IMG/VR virus record: IMGVR_UViG_2529293065_000012
Direction: 5' to 3' (one strand)
DNA length: 26,750 nucleotides
DNA from: a virus
Lineage: Duplodnaviria; Heunggongvirae; Uroviricota; Caudoviricetes
The notes under the pieces are model-generated. The model saw only the letters and a program-made list of their open reading frames with translations. It ran no database searches and was not told where the DNA came from. This document shows, piece by piece, positions 26,235-26,750 of this stretch. Position 1 is the first letter of the stretch. The number at the start of each line of letters is the position of its first letter. The position numbers were made by a program, and so were the translations under genes.

Positions 26235-26750
26235 TTAAGCACGTCCTACATTGTACCAATGACCATTAATATATTTCTGAACAGGAGCGTAGACAGGCCA
26301 TTCTCTCGAATCATCAAAGTTGCCACCTGTCAGAACGTATCCGGCTGGAACCGTTCCGCCATCACCACCCCAGACAATCCCACTCTGGTTAGCACCCATG
26401 CGAACGTCACGAACATAGCGTGAGTCAAAATTACCATAATTGCCGGGAATAATTTGCGAGCCGCAAAGCCAATTCCCGTTATTATCCATGTACGCCTGAC
26501 CATCGGTGCCATTGTCTGTCCTTGAGTTATTAATCATGTAGATGCCAAATTCCCTATTCCCCAGTCCACCAATCATAAATTTGCGGTCAGCATGGTCCTG
26601 ACGTAGCAATGCCTGGGCGCTATCAGTTTTAACTATATTTCTCCCAAAGATAGCGTTGTTATCGCGCATCTGAATCCACATACCATTACTGCTGTTAATA
26701 GCAAAACGGTTTGCAAATATATCCCCTGTAACATCAAGACCATGCCCCAT
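26235..26750 (-). CDS. Alternative tail-fibre C-terminal (variable) segment, 5'-truncated by the window edge; probably expressed only after inversion
   Basis: ORF runs off the window. C-terminal NFDSRYVRDVRMG ... PVQKYINGHWYNV matches the H C-terminus. Confidence 0.75.
   Translation of the reverse strand: MGHGLDVTGDIFANRFAINSSNGMWIQMRDNNAIFGRNIVKTDSAQALLRQDHADRKFMIGGLGNREFGIYMINNSRTDNGTDGQAYMDNNGNWLCGSQIIPGNYGNFDSRYVRDVRMGANQSGIVWGGDGGTVPAGYVLTGGNFDDSREWPVYAPVQKYINGHWYNVGRA

Larger units (their letters stand above)
23966..26750. other. Invertible tail-fibre DNA segment (partial; second boundary and invertase lie beyond the window)
   Basis: The current-orientation H variable part and tfa (+) are followed by an inverted alternative tfa and alternative fibre C-terminal segment (-). 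C-terminal sequences of both fibre variants share NFDSRYVRDV ... QKYINGxWYNV. Confidence 0.55.

Overview
This window is most of a P2-like (Peduovirus-type) temperate prophage of an enterobacterium, read in prophage order; all calls are by eye from the sequence and ORF track, with no database search run. From left to right it holds the integrase, the C-type immunity repressor, the divergent cox gene, an early operon of small translationally coupled genes, and a long replication initiator A gene (1-7946). The variable locus where P2 carries tin/old follows (7947-11413): a ParM/ParR-like partition cassette with palindromic repeats, and a strikingly AT-rich two-gene membrane-protein operon on the minus strand. 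The late genes then run in P2 order: portal Q and terminase P on the minus strand, then O, N, M, L, X, holin, endolysin, spanins, R, S, V, W, J, I, tail fibre H and a tail-fibre assembly gene. The window ends inside an invertible tail-fibre segment. The two most interesting items are a candidate c4/CI-type antisense RNA module upstream of gene A (4230-4470) and the AT-rich operon at 9386-10765, a candidate uncharacterised defence or exclusion system with its own putative promoter, leader peptide and attenuator. No rRNA, tRNA, CRISPR array or IS element was seen.
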